64,000 nucleotides of DNA from NCBI GenBank assembly GCA_963662715.1, contig OY759724.1, forward strand, positions 2,202,662 through 2,266,661, written 5' to 3'. Every line of letters starts with the position of its first letter. The stretch's first letter is position 1. The notes beneath the pieces were generated by a model. It was not told where the DNA came from and made no database searches. It saw only the letters and a list, made by a program, of their open reading frames with translations. Position numbers and translations under genes: made by a program. This DNA is from Candidatus Omnitrophota bacterium. GTDB lineage: Bacteria > Omnitrophota > Gorgyraeia > Zapsychrales > JANLHA01. Below are positions 39,505-50,347 of the stretch, piece after piece.

Positions 39505-40308
39505 TTGGGAGAAAGGGGGCGGGTTATCTTGAAAAGCGCAGATCGGTGTCCGCAGCATCCTCTGGCTGTTTTCGGAGTGTTGCCGGCTTTGAAAGGAGGA
39601 CTCCTGGATTCTTTGACTCCGGGAAGCATGGCTGCGTGGCTGATCTTGGCGGCTTTGCTCGTCCTCATCAACCGGCGAAACAAGCATATGGTTCAGTACG
39701 CGGCCCTGATCATTACCGGGGTCTTTGTCCTGAGGATTATGATCGTTTCGAGTGCTTTGGATTTTTTTATTTTGTCCAAGGGGCTGGATGTTTTTCTGGA
39801 AATCTGGTATTTTATTTTTTCCATCGTTTGTCTGGCTCTCGGCTGTATCTTCTGGCACGACTGGTGGGTGGGCAAAAGAAACGGGAAGGTGTGGGTGACC
39901 GCGGATTTCTTTTTCGGCCCTTTGAACTCCCCTAATGATGGCGCATGCGTCTCCCCTAAAGGTCATTGGCTAAAAGCTTTTCTGCGATATTTGCTTGCCG
40001 CAGTCCTGGCCCTGCTGACCGGAGGGGGACTGGCCCTGCTTGCTTCAGCCTGGGCCGAAAACGCTGTTTTTGTCACGACGGTTTTATCGTTGATGTCTGC
40101 TTATAATATGCCGGGGCTGTTTCTTGTCTTATGCGTTTATTCTTTTATGTATGTCTTGCCGCTGTTCCTGGTGCTGATTTTGAGTATACTCGGGTTAAAA
40201 AAGAAAAGATCCGCAGACTATCTGCGAAGTCATTTTTCTTTGGTTCAAATCGTGATTGCTGCCGTGTTCTTGGGATACGGGATTGCCTTTATATCATATT
40301 ATCCTTAA
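39505..40308 (+). CDS. Hypothetical polytopic membrane protein (7-8 predicted TM helices), family not recognised
   Basis: Strongly hydrophobic helices throughout. Start ambiguous (39505 or the internal ATG at 39631). I recognised no family. Confidence 0.5.
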   Translation: MGERGRVILKSADRCPQHPLAVFGVLPALKGGLLDSLTPGSMAAWLILAALLVLINRRNKHMVQYAALIITGVFVLRIMIVSSALDFFILSKGLDVFLEIWYFIFSIVCLALGCIFWHDWWVGKRNGKVWVTADFFFGPLNSPNDGACVSPKGHWLKAFLRYLLAAVLALLTGGGLALLASAWAENAVFVTTVLSLMSAYNMPGLFLVLCVYSFMYVLPLFLVLILSILGLKKKRSADYLRSHFSLVQIVIAAVFLGYGIAFISYYP

Positions 40309-40326
40309 ATTAATTCTTAGGAGTAA

Positions 40327-41610
<1,284 letters not shown>

Positions 41611-41758
41611 GAAATATTCAGAAATATCTCGGGGACGTTTTCTCCCTGGTTATTAAATATTATTAATTAATAACTAGTAATAAGAGTGAGGTTTGTGAGA
41701 ATCCTCTTGACTTTAAAAAGGGCATATGTTAATTTGAAAATCAAAAAAGGAGGAAGGC

Positions 41759-42415
41759 ATGCGCCATAAATTTGCGATTTTTGTAACTTTTACTCTGTTA
41801 AGCATTTTTGTCGTCAGTCTTTCAGGATGTACAATTGTTTTTCAGAAGGGACAACGCAAGGATAATCAGAAGATAGCTTATTTAAAGAATGAATATTCTC
41901 GCTTGCAAAATGAACTATCTGAGTTAGAGCGTGCCAAAATGGAGTTGGAGAACCGGTTGAGAAACGAAATCGACGATCAGGAAGTCAAAGTGGAAATGTT
42001 GGATCGCGGTTTAGTAATAACTTTTGTAGCGGAAGTATTATTTGACTCTGGAAAAGCAAAGTTAAGATCGGAAGCCCTGGGTAAACTTGACCGTGTCGGG
42101 TCGGTCCTGAAAACGACGGTTTCTGATTTAAATATTGGGGTTGAAGGACATACGGACAATGTCCCTATCAAGGTTTCCGGCTGGAAGTCCAATTGGGAGC
42201 TGTCTTCGGCACGAGCCATGAGTGTTCTTCATTATCTGGTTGATGATGTGGGAGTTGCCCCGGACCGTTTGTCCGCAACGGGTTACGGCGAATATCGTCC
42301 TGTTGCCAGCAATGCTTCGGCCGAGGGCCGACAAAATAACCGGCGAGTGGAGATTGTTATTTTACCTAAAACAACAAAGAAGGCCACAACAGAGCCAAGG
42401 GAAAATTTGAAGTAA
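41759..42415 (+). CDS. OmpA/MotB-family lipoprotein with an N-terminal coiled coil
   Basis: Lipobox LSGC, a coiled-coil segment, and an OmpA_C-like domain (NNRRVEIVILP). Confidence 0.75.
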   Translation: MRHKFAIFVTFTLLSIFVVSLSGCTIVFQKGQRKDNQKIAYLKNEYSRLQNELSELERAKMELENRLRNEIDDQEVKVEMLDRGLVITFVAEVLFDSGKAKLRSEALGKLDRVGSVLKTTVSDLNIGVEGHTDNVPIKVSGWKSNWELSSARAMSVLHYLVDDVGVAPDRLSATGYGEYRPVASNASAEGRQNNRRVEIVILPKTTKKATTEPRENLK

Positions 42416-42430
42416 TTCACACAGATCAAC

Positions 42431-42838
42431 ATGTCAAAAACGGAGGATGACGTGAAAAATATTACCGTACCTGTTGCTGTGGCCATTGCGATCATTGGGT
42501 GTGTCCTGGCGGTTAATGCAAGCGTGAATATGAGTAAGATTGACCAGATTCTCGAACAGGAGAGATTTCACCGCCTTGCTTCCGAGCAGAAATTGCAAGG
42601 GGCTCAAAGGACGATTAAACAATTGGAAAGGGACTTGGCTGACTCCCGGAAGAAAATCAAAAACATCGAGGATATCATTAATCAAGGCAAAACAACGACC
42701 TCTGATTTACATGCGCAGTTAGAAAAGGAAGCCCACGAAAAGGTGAAGTTAATGCAGCAAGTCCAGCAGCTGCAAAACACTCTTGGGCAATTGGAAAAGG
42801 TGAATCAACCCGTGAACGCTCCAACAGGAAGTCAGTAA
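42431..42838 (+). CDS. Small membrane-anchored coiled-coil protein (hypothetical)
   Basis: One N-terminal TM helix followed by heptad-rich sequence. Confidence 0.5.
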   Translation: MSKTEDDVKNITVPVAVAIAIIGCVLAVNASVNMSKIDQILEQERFHRLASEQKLQGAQRTIKQLERDLADSRKKIKNIEDIINQGKTTTSDLHAQLEKEAHEKVKLMQQVQQLQNTLGQLEKVNQPVNAPTGSQ

Positions 42839-42878
42839 GATGTAAAAAGGGTTGATCCTTGAAAGCGCTGCTCTCAAT

Positions 42879-42906
42879 GGGGGATGAAGAATCCCCTATT
42901 TTTTTG
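42879..42906. terminator. Intrinsic terminator
   Basis: GGGGAT-gaaga-ATCCCC hairpin followed by TATTTTTTT. Confidence 0.6.
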
Positions 42907-42935
42907 AATGACAACTCAGGGACGTTTGACCAAAG

Positions 42936-43676
42936 GTGTACTTCGTGACAGGGTTAATTAACAAGACTATCATTCCCCAGCATATTGCGATTATTATGGA
43001 CGGAAACGGGCGCTGGGCGAAGAGCCGGGAACTTCCTCGTTTCCGGGGGCATTTGGAAGGCGTTAAACGGATTGAGGAGATTTCCGCGGCAGCTAATGAA
43101 CTGGGCGTCAAGGTATTGACGATTTTTGCTTTTTCTACGGAGAATTGGCAGCGTCCCAAAAGAGAAGTTGCGATGCTTATGAATATGCTGGGGAATGTCT
43201 TGACCAAAAGGCTCAATCGTCTGATTCACGAAAATATCCGTTTGCGTTTTATGGGAAAACGGGAAGGTATTCCGGCAGCTGTTTTGAAGTCTGTTGATCG
43301 GGCCATAATTAAAACCCAGAACAACACCGGACTTATTCTTAATCTCGCCTTTAATTATGGCGCGAGGCAGGAAATGGTTGATGCCGTTATAAGCATTGCG
43401 TCTCAGGTGCAGGATGGTTCTCTGTCTATAGCTGATATTGACGAAAAGACTGTGGGGCGAACGCTGTTGACCCATGATCTCCCTGACCCGGATCTTCTTA
43501 TCAGGACATCGGGGGAACAGCGGATCAGCAATTTTCTTTTGTGGCAGTTGTCCTATGCGGAATTTTATTTTACGAATATTTTTTGGCCCGACTTTGATAA
43601 AAAAGAGTTTGAAAAGGCATTACGCGAATACCAAAAACGGGATCGCCGTTTTGGACGGGTCGTATCTAAAAAGTAG
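42936..43676 (+). CDS. uppS: Undecaprenyl pyrophosphate synthase
   Basis: HIAIIMDGNGRWA...FAFSTENWQRP. Confidence 0.93.
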   Translation: MYFVTGLINKTIIPQHIAIIMDGNGRWAKSRELPRFRGHLEGVKRIEEISAAANELGVKVLTIFAFSTENWQRPKREVAMLMNMLGNVLTKRLNRLIHENIRLRFMGKREGIPAAVLKSVDRAIIKTQNNTGLILNLAFNYGARQEMVDAVISIASQVQDGSLSIADIDEKTVGRTLLTHDLPDPDLLIRTSGEQRISNFLLWQLSYAEFYFTNIFWPDFDKKEFEKALREYQKRDRRFGRVVSKK

Positions 43677-43700
43677 ATAATCTGTCAGAAGATAATTCCT

Positions 43701-44516
43701 ATGTCCATGAGCCGATTTTACAGTTCCGTGTTGATGATCGCGCTGATCAGCGCGGTTATTATGTATGATGCCACATTTCTTCTTATGGTGATGCTGTTGA
43801 CGATCGGCGGTCTTTACGAGTTCTTTTATATGATCAAAAAGAAGGGGATCCCGATCTACAGTTATTTTGGAATTATTATCGGGTTGTTTATCCCGGCTTC
43901 CATATACTGGCGGATGGAATTGACGAGGAATCTGGAATTATTGTTTATTGTCCTGGCGTTTCTGTCCATCTTGATCTTGCAGTTTGCCCGCCGGGATAAT
44001 ACCAACGCTGTTGTCGGCATTTCGACAACGATGTTCGGGATTTTTTATGTGTCCTGGTTGTTCAGTTTTCTTATAAAAGTCCGATTTCTTCTGCCGGGTA
44101 TTGCCGGCGTAAAGTTGTTGGTTTTTATTTTGCTCGTAACGAAAATGGGGGATATCGGGGCCCTGCTGGTCGGGAGCCGTTTTGGGAAACATCCGCTGCT
44201 GCCCCGGGTCAGTCCCAACAAATCTATTGAAGGAAGTTTGGGAAGTTTCGTTTTCAGCATTGCAACGGCCCTCGTGAGTCAACCCTTATTGCCTGCAACG
44301 ACTCAATTTACCTTTTGGAAAATTGTGCTTATAGGGGCTTTTTTCGGCGGTATGGGACAGCTTGGAGACCTGTCCGAATCTCTCATGAAACGGGACTGCA
44401 ATGTCAAGGATTCCGGTAAGCTTTTGCCCGGGATGGGAGGCGTATTGGATGTCATTGACAGCCTTCTTTTTTCGGTCCCGGCCTTTTACTTATTTATGAG
44501 CGCGGCGTTGAATTAG
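43701..44516 (+). CDS. cdsA: Phosphatidate cytidylyltransferase
   Basis: C-terminal CTP_transf_1 signature SIEGSLGSF...GGVLDVIDSLLF. Confidence 0.85.
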   Translation: MSMSRFYSSVLMIALISAVIMYDATFLLMVMLLTIGGLYEFFYMIKKKGIPIYSYFGIIIGLFIPASIYWRMELTRNLELLFIVLAFLSILILQFARRDNTNAVVGISTTMFGIFYVSWLFSFLIKVRFLLPGIAGVKLLVFILLVTKMGDIGALLVGSRFGKHPLLPRVSPNKSIEGSLGSFVFSIATALVSQPLLPATTQFTFWKIVLIGAFFGGMGQLGDLSESLMKRDCNVKDSGKLLPGMGGVLDVIDSLLFSVPAFYLFMSAALN

Positions 44517-44671
44517 GCTGCGGTGTGCTTTGCTGAGGCGCGCGGGAAGAAGGCCCCCGATGACGTTCGGCGGCTGTCAAGACACAGGAAGCATCCGCCG
44601 TATCATACACGTTTTGAAGAGATATCATTTTTGAAGCCTTGCTTCAAATGTCTTGGAGCGACATATTTTTT

Positions 44672-45856
44672 ATGCGACAAGAAATCCGAAGACTTGCTGT
44701 CCTGGGCTCAACCGGGTCTATAGGGATTAATACATTAAAAGTAGCTGAGCGTTATCCGGGACGTTTTGAAGTTGTTGCTTTAACGGCTTTTAATAACCAC
44801 AAGCTTTTAGAACGGCAAATTCGGCAGTTTCAGCCGAAGTATGTCGGAATCAGTCAGGATAAGATCGCTCTTTTAAAACAGAATATCCGCAGCAGCCGGA
44901 TAAAAATATTTGATGTTGAATCAGAGTTGGCGGCCATCACCGTACAGCCGGATATCGATATTGTGGTTATCGGTATGAGCGGGGGCGCGGCCTTGGCCCC
45001 TTTCTTAAGCGCTGTAAGAGCCGGGAAAAGGGTGGCGCCGGCGAATAAAGAAGCGCTTGTCATAGCCGGGGAACTCATTATGAAAGAGGCCCGCAGGCAC
45101 AGGGCGGACGTCATTCCGGTTGATTCGGAGCAAAGCGCTATCTTTCAATGTTTGGCCGGCGGGAAAAGATCCGATCTGCAGAAAGTTTATCTGACGGCAT
45201 CAGGGGGGGCGTTGAGAAACGTCCCGAAAAACCGGTTTCCTCATTTGACGGTTGAGGATATCTTGAATCACCCTCGCTGGAAGATGGGAAAAAAGATCAC
45301 TGTTGATTCGGCAACACTTATGAATAAAGGGTTTGAGGTGATAGAAGCCCAAAGGTTATTTGGACTCAAAGTTGAGGATATTGAGGTTTTGATTCATCCG
45401 GAAGCCATCATTCATTCTATGGTCGCTTTTAAAGACGGGTCTATTATAGCCCAGTTGGGGATTACGGACATGCGTTTGCCGATTCAATATGCTTTAACAT
45501 ATCCGGACAGGATCGAAACAGGGCTCAAGCAAATTGATTTTTATCATTTGAAAAAGTTAACATTTTCAGAGCCCCGTTGGAAGAAATTCCCTTCCTTAAC
45601 GTTAGCTATTCATGTCGCGCGGGAAGGAGGGACACTCCCGAGTGTTTTGAACGCCGCAGATGAAGAAGTGGTTAAGGCTTTTTTATCTCGTCGTATCCCG
45701 TTTTTGGGGATATATCATATCGTAGAAAAAGTGGTCTTGAAACATATAAAGAAAACAAATCCTGACCTCTCGGATATTCTTGAAGCGGATTCCTGGGCCA
45801 GAAAAGAAAGCCGTCGTTTGGTCGAATCCTTTCAGCAGCAGAACATCATGATTTGA
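44672..45856 (+). CDS. dxr: 1-deoxy-D-xylulose-5-phosphate reductoisomerase
   Basis: LAVLGSTGSIGINTLKV NADPH motif. Start chosen at MRQEIRRLAVLG rather than the track's 44639. Confidence 0.9.
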   Translation: MRQEIRRLAVLGSTGSIGINTLKVAERYPGRFEVVALTAFNNHKLLERQIRQFQPKYVGISQDKIALLKQNIRSSRIKIFDVESELAAITVQPDIDIVVIGMSGGAALAPFLSAVRAGKRVAPANKEALVIAGELIMKEARRHRADVIPVDSEQSAIFQCLAGGKRSDLQKVYLTASGGALRNVPKNRFPHLTVEDILNHPRWKMGKKITVDSATLMNKGFEVIEAQRLFGLKVEDIEVLIHPEAIIHSMVAFKDGSIIAQLGITDMRLPIQYALTYPDRIETGLKQIDFYHLKKLTFSEPRWKKFPSLTLAIHVAREGGTLPSVLNAADEEVVKAFLSRRIPFLGIYHIVEKVVLKHIKKTNPDLSDILEADSWARKESRRLVESFQQQNIMI

Positions 45857-45911
45857 AGGGTATGCCGCTTTGCACCGGTCGTCGGGGATTTTGTTTAGAG
45901 GTGAATAAACT

Positions 45912-47267
45912 ATGGATATCTTGATATTTTTAATCGTTTTAAGCATTTTGGTTATTGTCCACGAATGGGGCCACTTTTTTACGGCCAGATCTTTAGGTGT
46001 TGACGTGGAGAAATTCTCTGTTGGTTTTGGCCCGAAAATTATTTCCAAAAAGCATAAAGGCACGGAATTCCTTGTCAGTGCGATCCCGCTGGGGGGGTAT
46101 GTTAAACTGGCCGGGGATGACCGTAATACCTGTAAAGGGGCGGCGGGCGAATTTTATTCCCATCCGGTAGGGCACCGGGCTCTTGTCGTTTTAATGGGAC
46201 CTGTTGTTAATTTTGTTTTTGCTTTTATCAGTCTCTGGATCATTTTTATGGTCGGGTTCCCGGGCTCTTCTACGAGGATTATGTACTTGGAAGCAGGCGG
46301 GGCGGCCCAGGCTGCGGGGGTGTTAAAAGGGGATAAAATCCTGGAAGTCAATAACGAGCAAGTCCATGGACAGATGCACTTGGAAAGGGTCCTTCGCAAA
46401 AAGACGGACGGGCCGTTGCAGCTTAAGGTCCAAAGGGGCGATGCGGTTATGGTGCGGCAACTCACCCCGGAATTAGTCAGGAAAGAAAATGATTTCGGTG
46501 AAAAAGAATGGGCTTATGATATCGGGGTGGATTTTTATAGCAATGAGATCGGCTGGGTCGCCGAAGATTCTCCGGCGCAGAAAGCAGGGCTCCGGCACGG
46601 TGATGTTATTACGGCGATTAACGGAGTGCCGATTCTCGGCTGGCCGGATATCAAAACGAATATCAGCGACAGCTCTCTGGATGTTTTGCCGATCACCTAT
46701 GAACGGGACGGGCAAAAGACCACGATCCAGGTGACTCCTACAACGAGGACTTTTGAAAATGAAGAGGGCGAAGAGGTTGAAATGAAAATTATTGGGATCA
46801 GTCCCATCCAGGAAGTCGAATCCTATCGCTTCGGTTTTTTTGACTCTATGCGGCATTCCGTCTCAGAGTTGTGGAATATTATTTCCCTGACTTTGAAGAC
46901 GTTAGGGAAAGTTATTACGGGGTCCTTGTCAGCCAAACGGGCTATCGGAGGTCCTATCCGGATTTTCTCCGTTGTGAGTAATGCCGCGGCGACCGGGATT
47001 CTCAGCCTTATCTATGTCATGGCCGTTATTAGTGCCAGTTTGGGCCTGTTTAATTTATTCCCTGTCCCGATCCTTGACGGGGGACATATTTTCCTTTTTT
47101 TAATCGAGCGCTTACGCGGCCGGCCGTTGCCCCTCAAATGGGAAGAGAATTTGAATAAGGTCGGTTTCACGGCTTTGATGGTATTAATGGTTTTTGTTAT
47201 TTATAACGATATCGTGGAAATTGGTCTGTTACGAAAAATTTCTGACTTTGTGACAAAAATAAAATGA
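45912..47267 (+). CDS. rseP: RIP zinc metalloprotease RseP (site-2 protease, M50) with PDZ domains
   Basis: HEWGHFFTAR zinc site at the N-terminus, PDZ domains, and a C-terminal LDGG motif. Confidence 0.9.
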   Translation: MDILIFLIVLSILVIVHEWGHFFTARSLGVDVEKFSVGFGPKIISKKHKGTEFLVSAIPLGGYVKLAGDDRNTCKGAAGEFYSHPVGHRALVVLMGPVVNFVFAFISLWIIFMVGFPGSSTRIMYLEAGGAAQAAGVLKGDKILEVNNEQVHGQMHLERVLRKKTDGPLQLKVQRGDAVMVRQLTPELVRKENDFGEKEWAYDIGVDFYSNEIGWVAEDSPAQKAGLRHGDVITAINGVPILGWPDIKTNISDSSLDVLPITYERDGQKTTIQVTPTTRTFENEEGEEVEMKIIGISPIQEVESYRFGFFDSMRHSVSELWNIISLTLKTLGKVITGSLSAKRAIGGPIRIFSVVSNAAATGILSLIYVMAVISASLGLFNLFPVPILDGGHIFLFLIERLRGRPLPLKWEENLNKVGFTALMVLMVFVIYNDIVEIGLLRKISDFVTKIK

Positions 47268-47303
47268 ACTTAGAAGAATTTTTCTGTAAAAAAGGAGTTT
47301 GTC

Positions 47304-48575
47304 ATGGTCGAAGATACCGAACTTAAGGAAATCGTTCATCGTTATCTGATTCAGAAGACGGATTTTTTAAAAGTCAAAGATACAATGAATGAAGATCAGC
47401 TCCGTGTTTATGTGGATAAGTCTATTACGGATGTCTGTTACGAAGAACAGATGGAAATCACCATGGAGCAGCGCATCCGCCTGATTCGGGAGATGGTGGG
47501 TGCGGTTGTGGCTTTAGGGCCGCTCCGTCCCTTGATGGAGGATAAGGAGATTACCGAAATTATGGTCAATGGGGCGCATCAGATTTATATTCAACGAAAA
47601 GGTCGGATTGACTTGTCGGATGTTAAATTTGAACATAACGAGCATCTCACGCATACGATACAGAAGTTGCTCAACAGTTCGGGAACCAACCGGCGTGTCG
47701 ATGAGTCGAACCCTTACGTGGACTTTCCCCTGCCGGACGGGACCCGCTGTAATGTTATCCTGCCTCCGTGTTCTTTGGTCGGCCCGGTCATGACAATACG
47801 AAAATTTGCCGATATTTCTACGATTGATGACGTATTAAGACTTAAAATGCTCGATCAAGATATTGCAACGTTTTTGTGCGGAACGATGTTGGCGAAACAT
47901 AATATCGTTTTCTGCGGGGCGACGGGTACCGGTAAAACGACATTGCTTAACGTTTTGTCCCGGCATATCGATGATGAAGAGCGTATTATCACCATTGAGG
48001 ATACCCCGGAATTGCGTCTTAAGCAGGACCACGTCGTGACCCTGCAGGCCAAAATGGCGAACGTAGAAGGAAAAGGCGCGATCTCGATCCGGGACCTTTT
48101 CGTCAACTCGCTGCGTATGCGTCCCGACCGGCTGATCATCGGGGAAGTCCGTTCCGATGAAATGCTCGACTTGATTGAATCTATCGCCTCCGGACACTCC
48201 GGTTCCTTGGCGATCGTCCACGCTGAATCCCCGGAGGACTGTTTCTCCCGTATGACCACGATGATGCTCATGACGGGTATTAAGCTGGATACCAGGATTA
48301 TTGAAAAGCAGATCGGGCGGGCGATTGACCTGATCGTTCATATTATTCTGTATCCGGACGGTGTGCGCCGGGTTACAAACGTGACCGATGTTTCCTGGGA
48401 TGATGAGAGAGAAAAACCTGTCATGAAGGATATTTTTACTTTTAAACAGGACAGCATATCCGCGGAGGGGAAGATTTCCGGGCATTGGGAATTCAACAGG
48501 GAAACTCCGGCAGCTTATGAGAAATTCAAGAAGAAGAACATTAAGCTGCCGGAAGGCTTTTTTAATAAGATGTAG
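47304..48575 (+). CDS. CpaF/TadA-family secretion/pilus-assembly ATPase (orphan)
   Basis: Walker A GATGTGKTT, then ITIEDTPEL, an Asp box and His box (GHSGSLAIVHA), and a CpaF-like N-terminal domain. No other tad/flp genes in the window. Confidence 0.75.
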   Translation: MVEDTELKEIVHRYLIQKTDFLKVKDTMNEDQLRVYVDKSITDVCYEEQMEITMEQRIRLIREMVGAVVALGPLRPLMEDKEITEIMVNGAHQIYIQRKGRIDLSDVKFEHNEHLTHTIQKLLNSSGTNRRVDESNPYVDFPLPDGTRCNVILPPCSLVGPVMTIRKFADISTIDDVLRLKMLDQDIATFLCGTMLAKHNIVFCGATGTGKTTLLNVLSRHIDDEERIITIEDTPELRLKQDHVVTLQAKMANVEGKGAISIRDLFVNSLRMRPDRLIIGEVRSDEMLDLIESIASGHSGSLAIVHAESPEDCFSRMTTMMLMTGIKLDTRIIEKQIGRAIDLIVHIILYPDGVRRVTNVTDVSWDDEREKPVMKDIFTFKQDSISAEGKISGHWEFNRETPAAYEKFKKKNIKLPEGFFNKM

Positions 48576-48581
48576 GTTAAG

Positions 48582-49877
48582 ATGAATGAGACCGAATTGA
48601 GGAATATTATGCGCTGGTCGCAATATTTTATACCCACTTTGAAAGAAACCCCTGTCGGGACAGAGGCTGTGAGTCATCAGCTGCTGTTAAGGGCCGGGCT
48701 GGTGAATATGCTGACTTCGGGGGTGTACTCTTATCTTCCGTTGGGCTTACGGGTGCTTCGCCGTATCGAAAGTATTATCCGTGAAGAGATGGATGCCGCC
48801 GGGGCTCAGGAGCTTTTTTTGCCTTGCTTGCAGCCCAGGGATTTGTGGAAAAAAACCGGGCGGGATCAGGTTTTAAATGAGATTATGATCCGCTTTACGG
48901 ATAACCGCGGCAGAGAAATGTGTCTGGGCCCGACACATGAAGAAGTTATTACGGAATTAGTTAGGAATTATGTCCAGTCGTATCGTCAGCTTCCGGTGAC
49001 GCTGTATCAGATTCAGACAAAATTCCGCGATGAACTGCGTACGCGTTTTGGGATCGTTCGGGCTTGTGAATTTATTATGAAGGACGCCTACAGTTTTGAC
49101 CGCGACTGGGAAGGACTGAAACAAACGTATCAACGGATGCATGCCGCTTATCAGAATGTCTTTCGCCGGTGTGGTGTTGATGTTTACATTATTGCCGCAG
49201 ATTCGGGCGCCATGGGGGGCGATGTCTCTCATGAGTTTTTGGCGCCGGCCCCGATCGGGGAAGACGAAGTCGCTCTTTGTGAAAGCTGCGGTTTTGTCGG
49301 TGCGGGAGCCATGCTCACAGAGACAAAGGGGGCGTGCCCGTCATGCCAGCAGGCGTTGACGAGACAGGTGGCGATCGAACTCGGACATATTTTTCAGTTG
49401 GGAACAAAATACAGCCAGTCGTTGGAAGCCTTGTTTCTTGATGAGGATGGTCAATTAAAGCCGATTATCATGGGCTGTTACGGAATCGGCGTGAGCCGTC
49501 TGATTGCGGCGGTCATTGAAAGGAATTATGACGATAAAGGCATTCTTTGGCCCCGGGAGGTGGCCCCTTTTGATGTCGAGATATTGCCTTTGCAGATGGA
49601 AGATCCTCAGGTGCAGACGGTTGCTCAGGATTTGGCACAGGTGTTGGAAGCCCGGGGCCTTAAAGTTCTGGTTGACGACCGTTCGGAAAGTCCGGGAAGA
49701 AAGTTCCACGATGCTGATTTGATCGGTCTCCCGTACCGGATTGTGATAGGAACAAGGGGGCTGAAAGAGGGAATGCTTGAAATTAAGGAACGCCGGAGCG
49801 GGGAGGTCCTTAAAGTCAGGAAAGAAGACGCAGCTTCTAAATTTATGGACGTGCTTCATAAAGGGATGGGCCGTTGA
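48582..49877 (+). CDS. proS: Prolyl-tRNA synthetase, short bacterial form lacking the INS editing domain
   Basis: Class II motifs with bacterial-type N-terminus (WSQYFIPTLKETP...SHQLLLRAG) and motif 2 (FRDELRTRFGIVRACEFIMKDAYSF). Only 431 aa, so the ~180-aa insertion between motifs 2 and 3 is absent. Confidence 0.8.
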   Translation: MNETELRNIMRWSQYFIPTLKETPVGTEAVSHQLLLRAGLVNMLTSGVYSYLPLGLRVLRRIESIIREEMDAAGAQELFLPCLQPRDLWKKTGRDQVLNEIMIRFTDNRGREMCLGPTHEEVITELVRNYVQSYRQLPVTLYQIQTKFRDELRTRFGIVRACEFIMKDAYSFDRDWEGLKQTYQRMHAAYQNVFRRCGVDVYIIAADSGAMGGDVSHEFLAPAPIGEDEVALCESCGFVGAGAMLTETKGACPSCQQALTRQVAIELGHIFQLGTKYSQSLEALFLDEDGQLKPIIMGCYGIGVSRLIAAVIERNYDDKGILWPREVAPFDVEILPLQMEDPQVQTVAQDLAQVLEARGLKVLVDDRSESPGRKFHDADLIGLPYRIVIGTRGLKEGMLEIKERRSGEVLKVRKEDAASKFMDVLHKGMGR

Positions 49878-49878
49878 C

Positions 49879-50334
49879 GTGCTGGATGGGTATTGTGATC
49901 GTATTCGTGAATTCCTGGGGCCTATTTTGGAGGAGCAGGGGGCGGATCTGGTTGATTTAGAAGTTAAACGGGTGCAGAGAAAGATCCTTGTGAGGATTCT
50001 TATAGATTTGCCACAGGGCGGAATAACGATCGGACAATGCACGAAAGTGAATAAAGCGTTGTCCCGTATCCTCGATGAGCAAAATGTGATCGGAAGTGAT
50101 TTCTTCCTGGAGGTTTGTTCTCCGGGCATTGACTGGCCTCTGAAGAGTGCGAAGGATTTTTTAAGGGTTGTGGGACGGCCGGTTCGCATGACTCTGTCGG
50201 AACCGCTCAATCAGAAAAGGGAATATTCGGGCAAGGTGGAAACTGTCAAAGAAGATCAGGTGATCATTGAAAGCGCAGGCGCGTCTTGTGCGATACCGTT
50301 GAACCAAATTAAAAATGCAACTCAAATGATTTAG
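49879..50334 (+). CDS. rimP: Ribosome maturation factor RimP (GTG start)
   Basis: RimP family body (LEVCSPGIDWPL). Start set at the first in-frame GTG after the proS stop. The track's 49777 start overlaps proS. Confidence 0.75.
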   Translation: MLDGYCDRIREFLGPILEEQGADLVDLEVKRVQRKILVRILIDLPQGGITIGQCTKVNKALSRILDEQNVIGSDFFLEVCSPGIDWPLKSAKDFLRVVGRPVRMTLSEPLNQKREYSGKVETVKEDQVIIESAGASCAIPLNQIKNATQMI

Positions 50335-50347
50335 GAAGGGACAAGAA

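Noticed and set aside
39445-39966. Overlapping ORFs 39445..39966(-) and 39501..39935(+) around the start of the hypothetical membrane protein.
   Set aside because: They have Arg/Gly/Pro-rich low-complexity translations without hydrophobic or domain structure. The co-linear membrane-protein frame is the more plausible coding frame.
47835-48677. 280-aa minus-strand ORF antisense to the CpaF ATPase gene.
   Set aside because: No recognisable domains. It fully overlaps a well-supported + strand gene. It is a typical antisense shadow ORF in a GC-balanced coding region.
49455-50210. 251-aa minus-strand ORF overlapping proS/rimP.
   Set aside because: It is antisense to two conserved genes and has no motif content.
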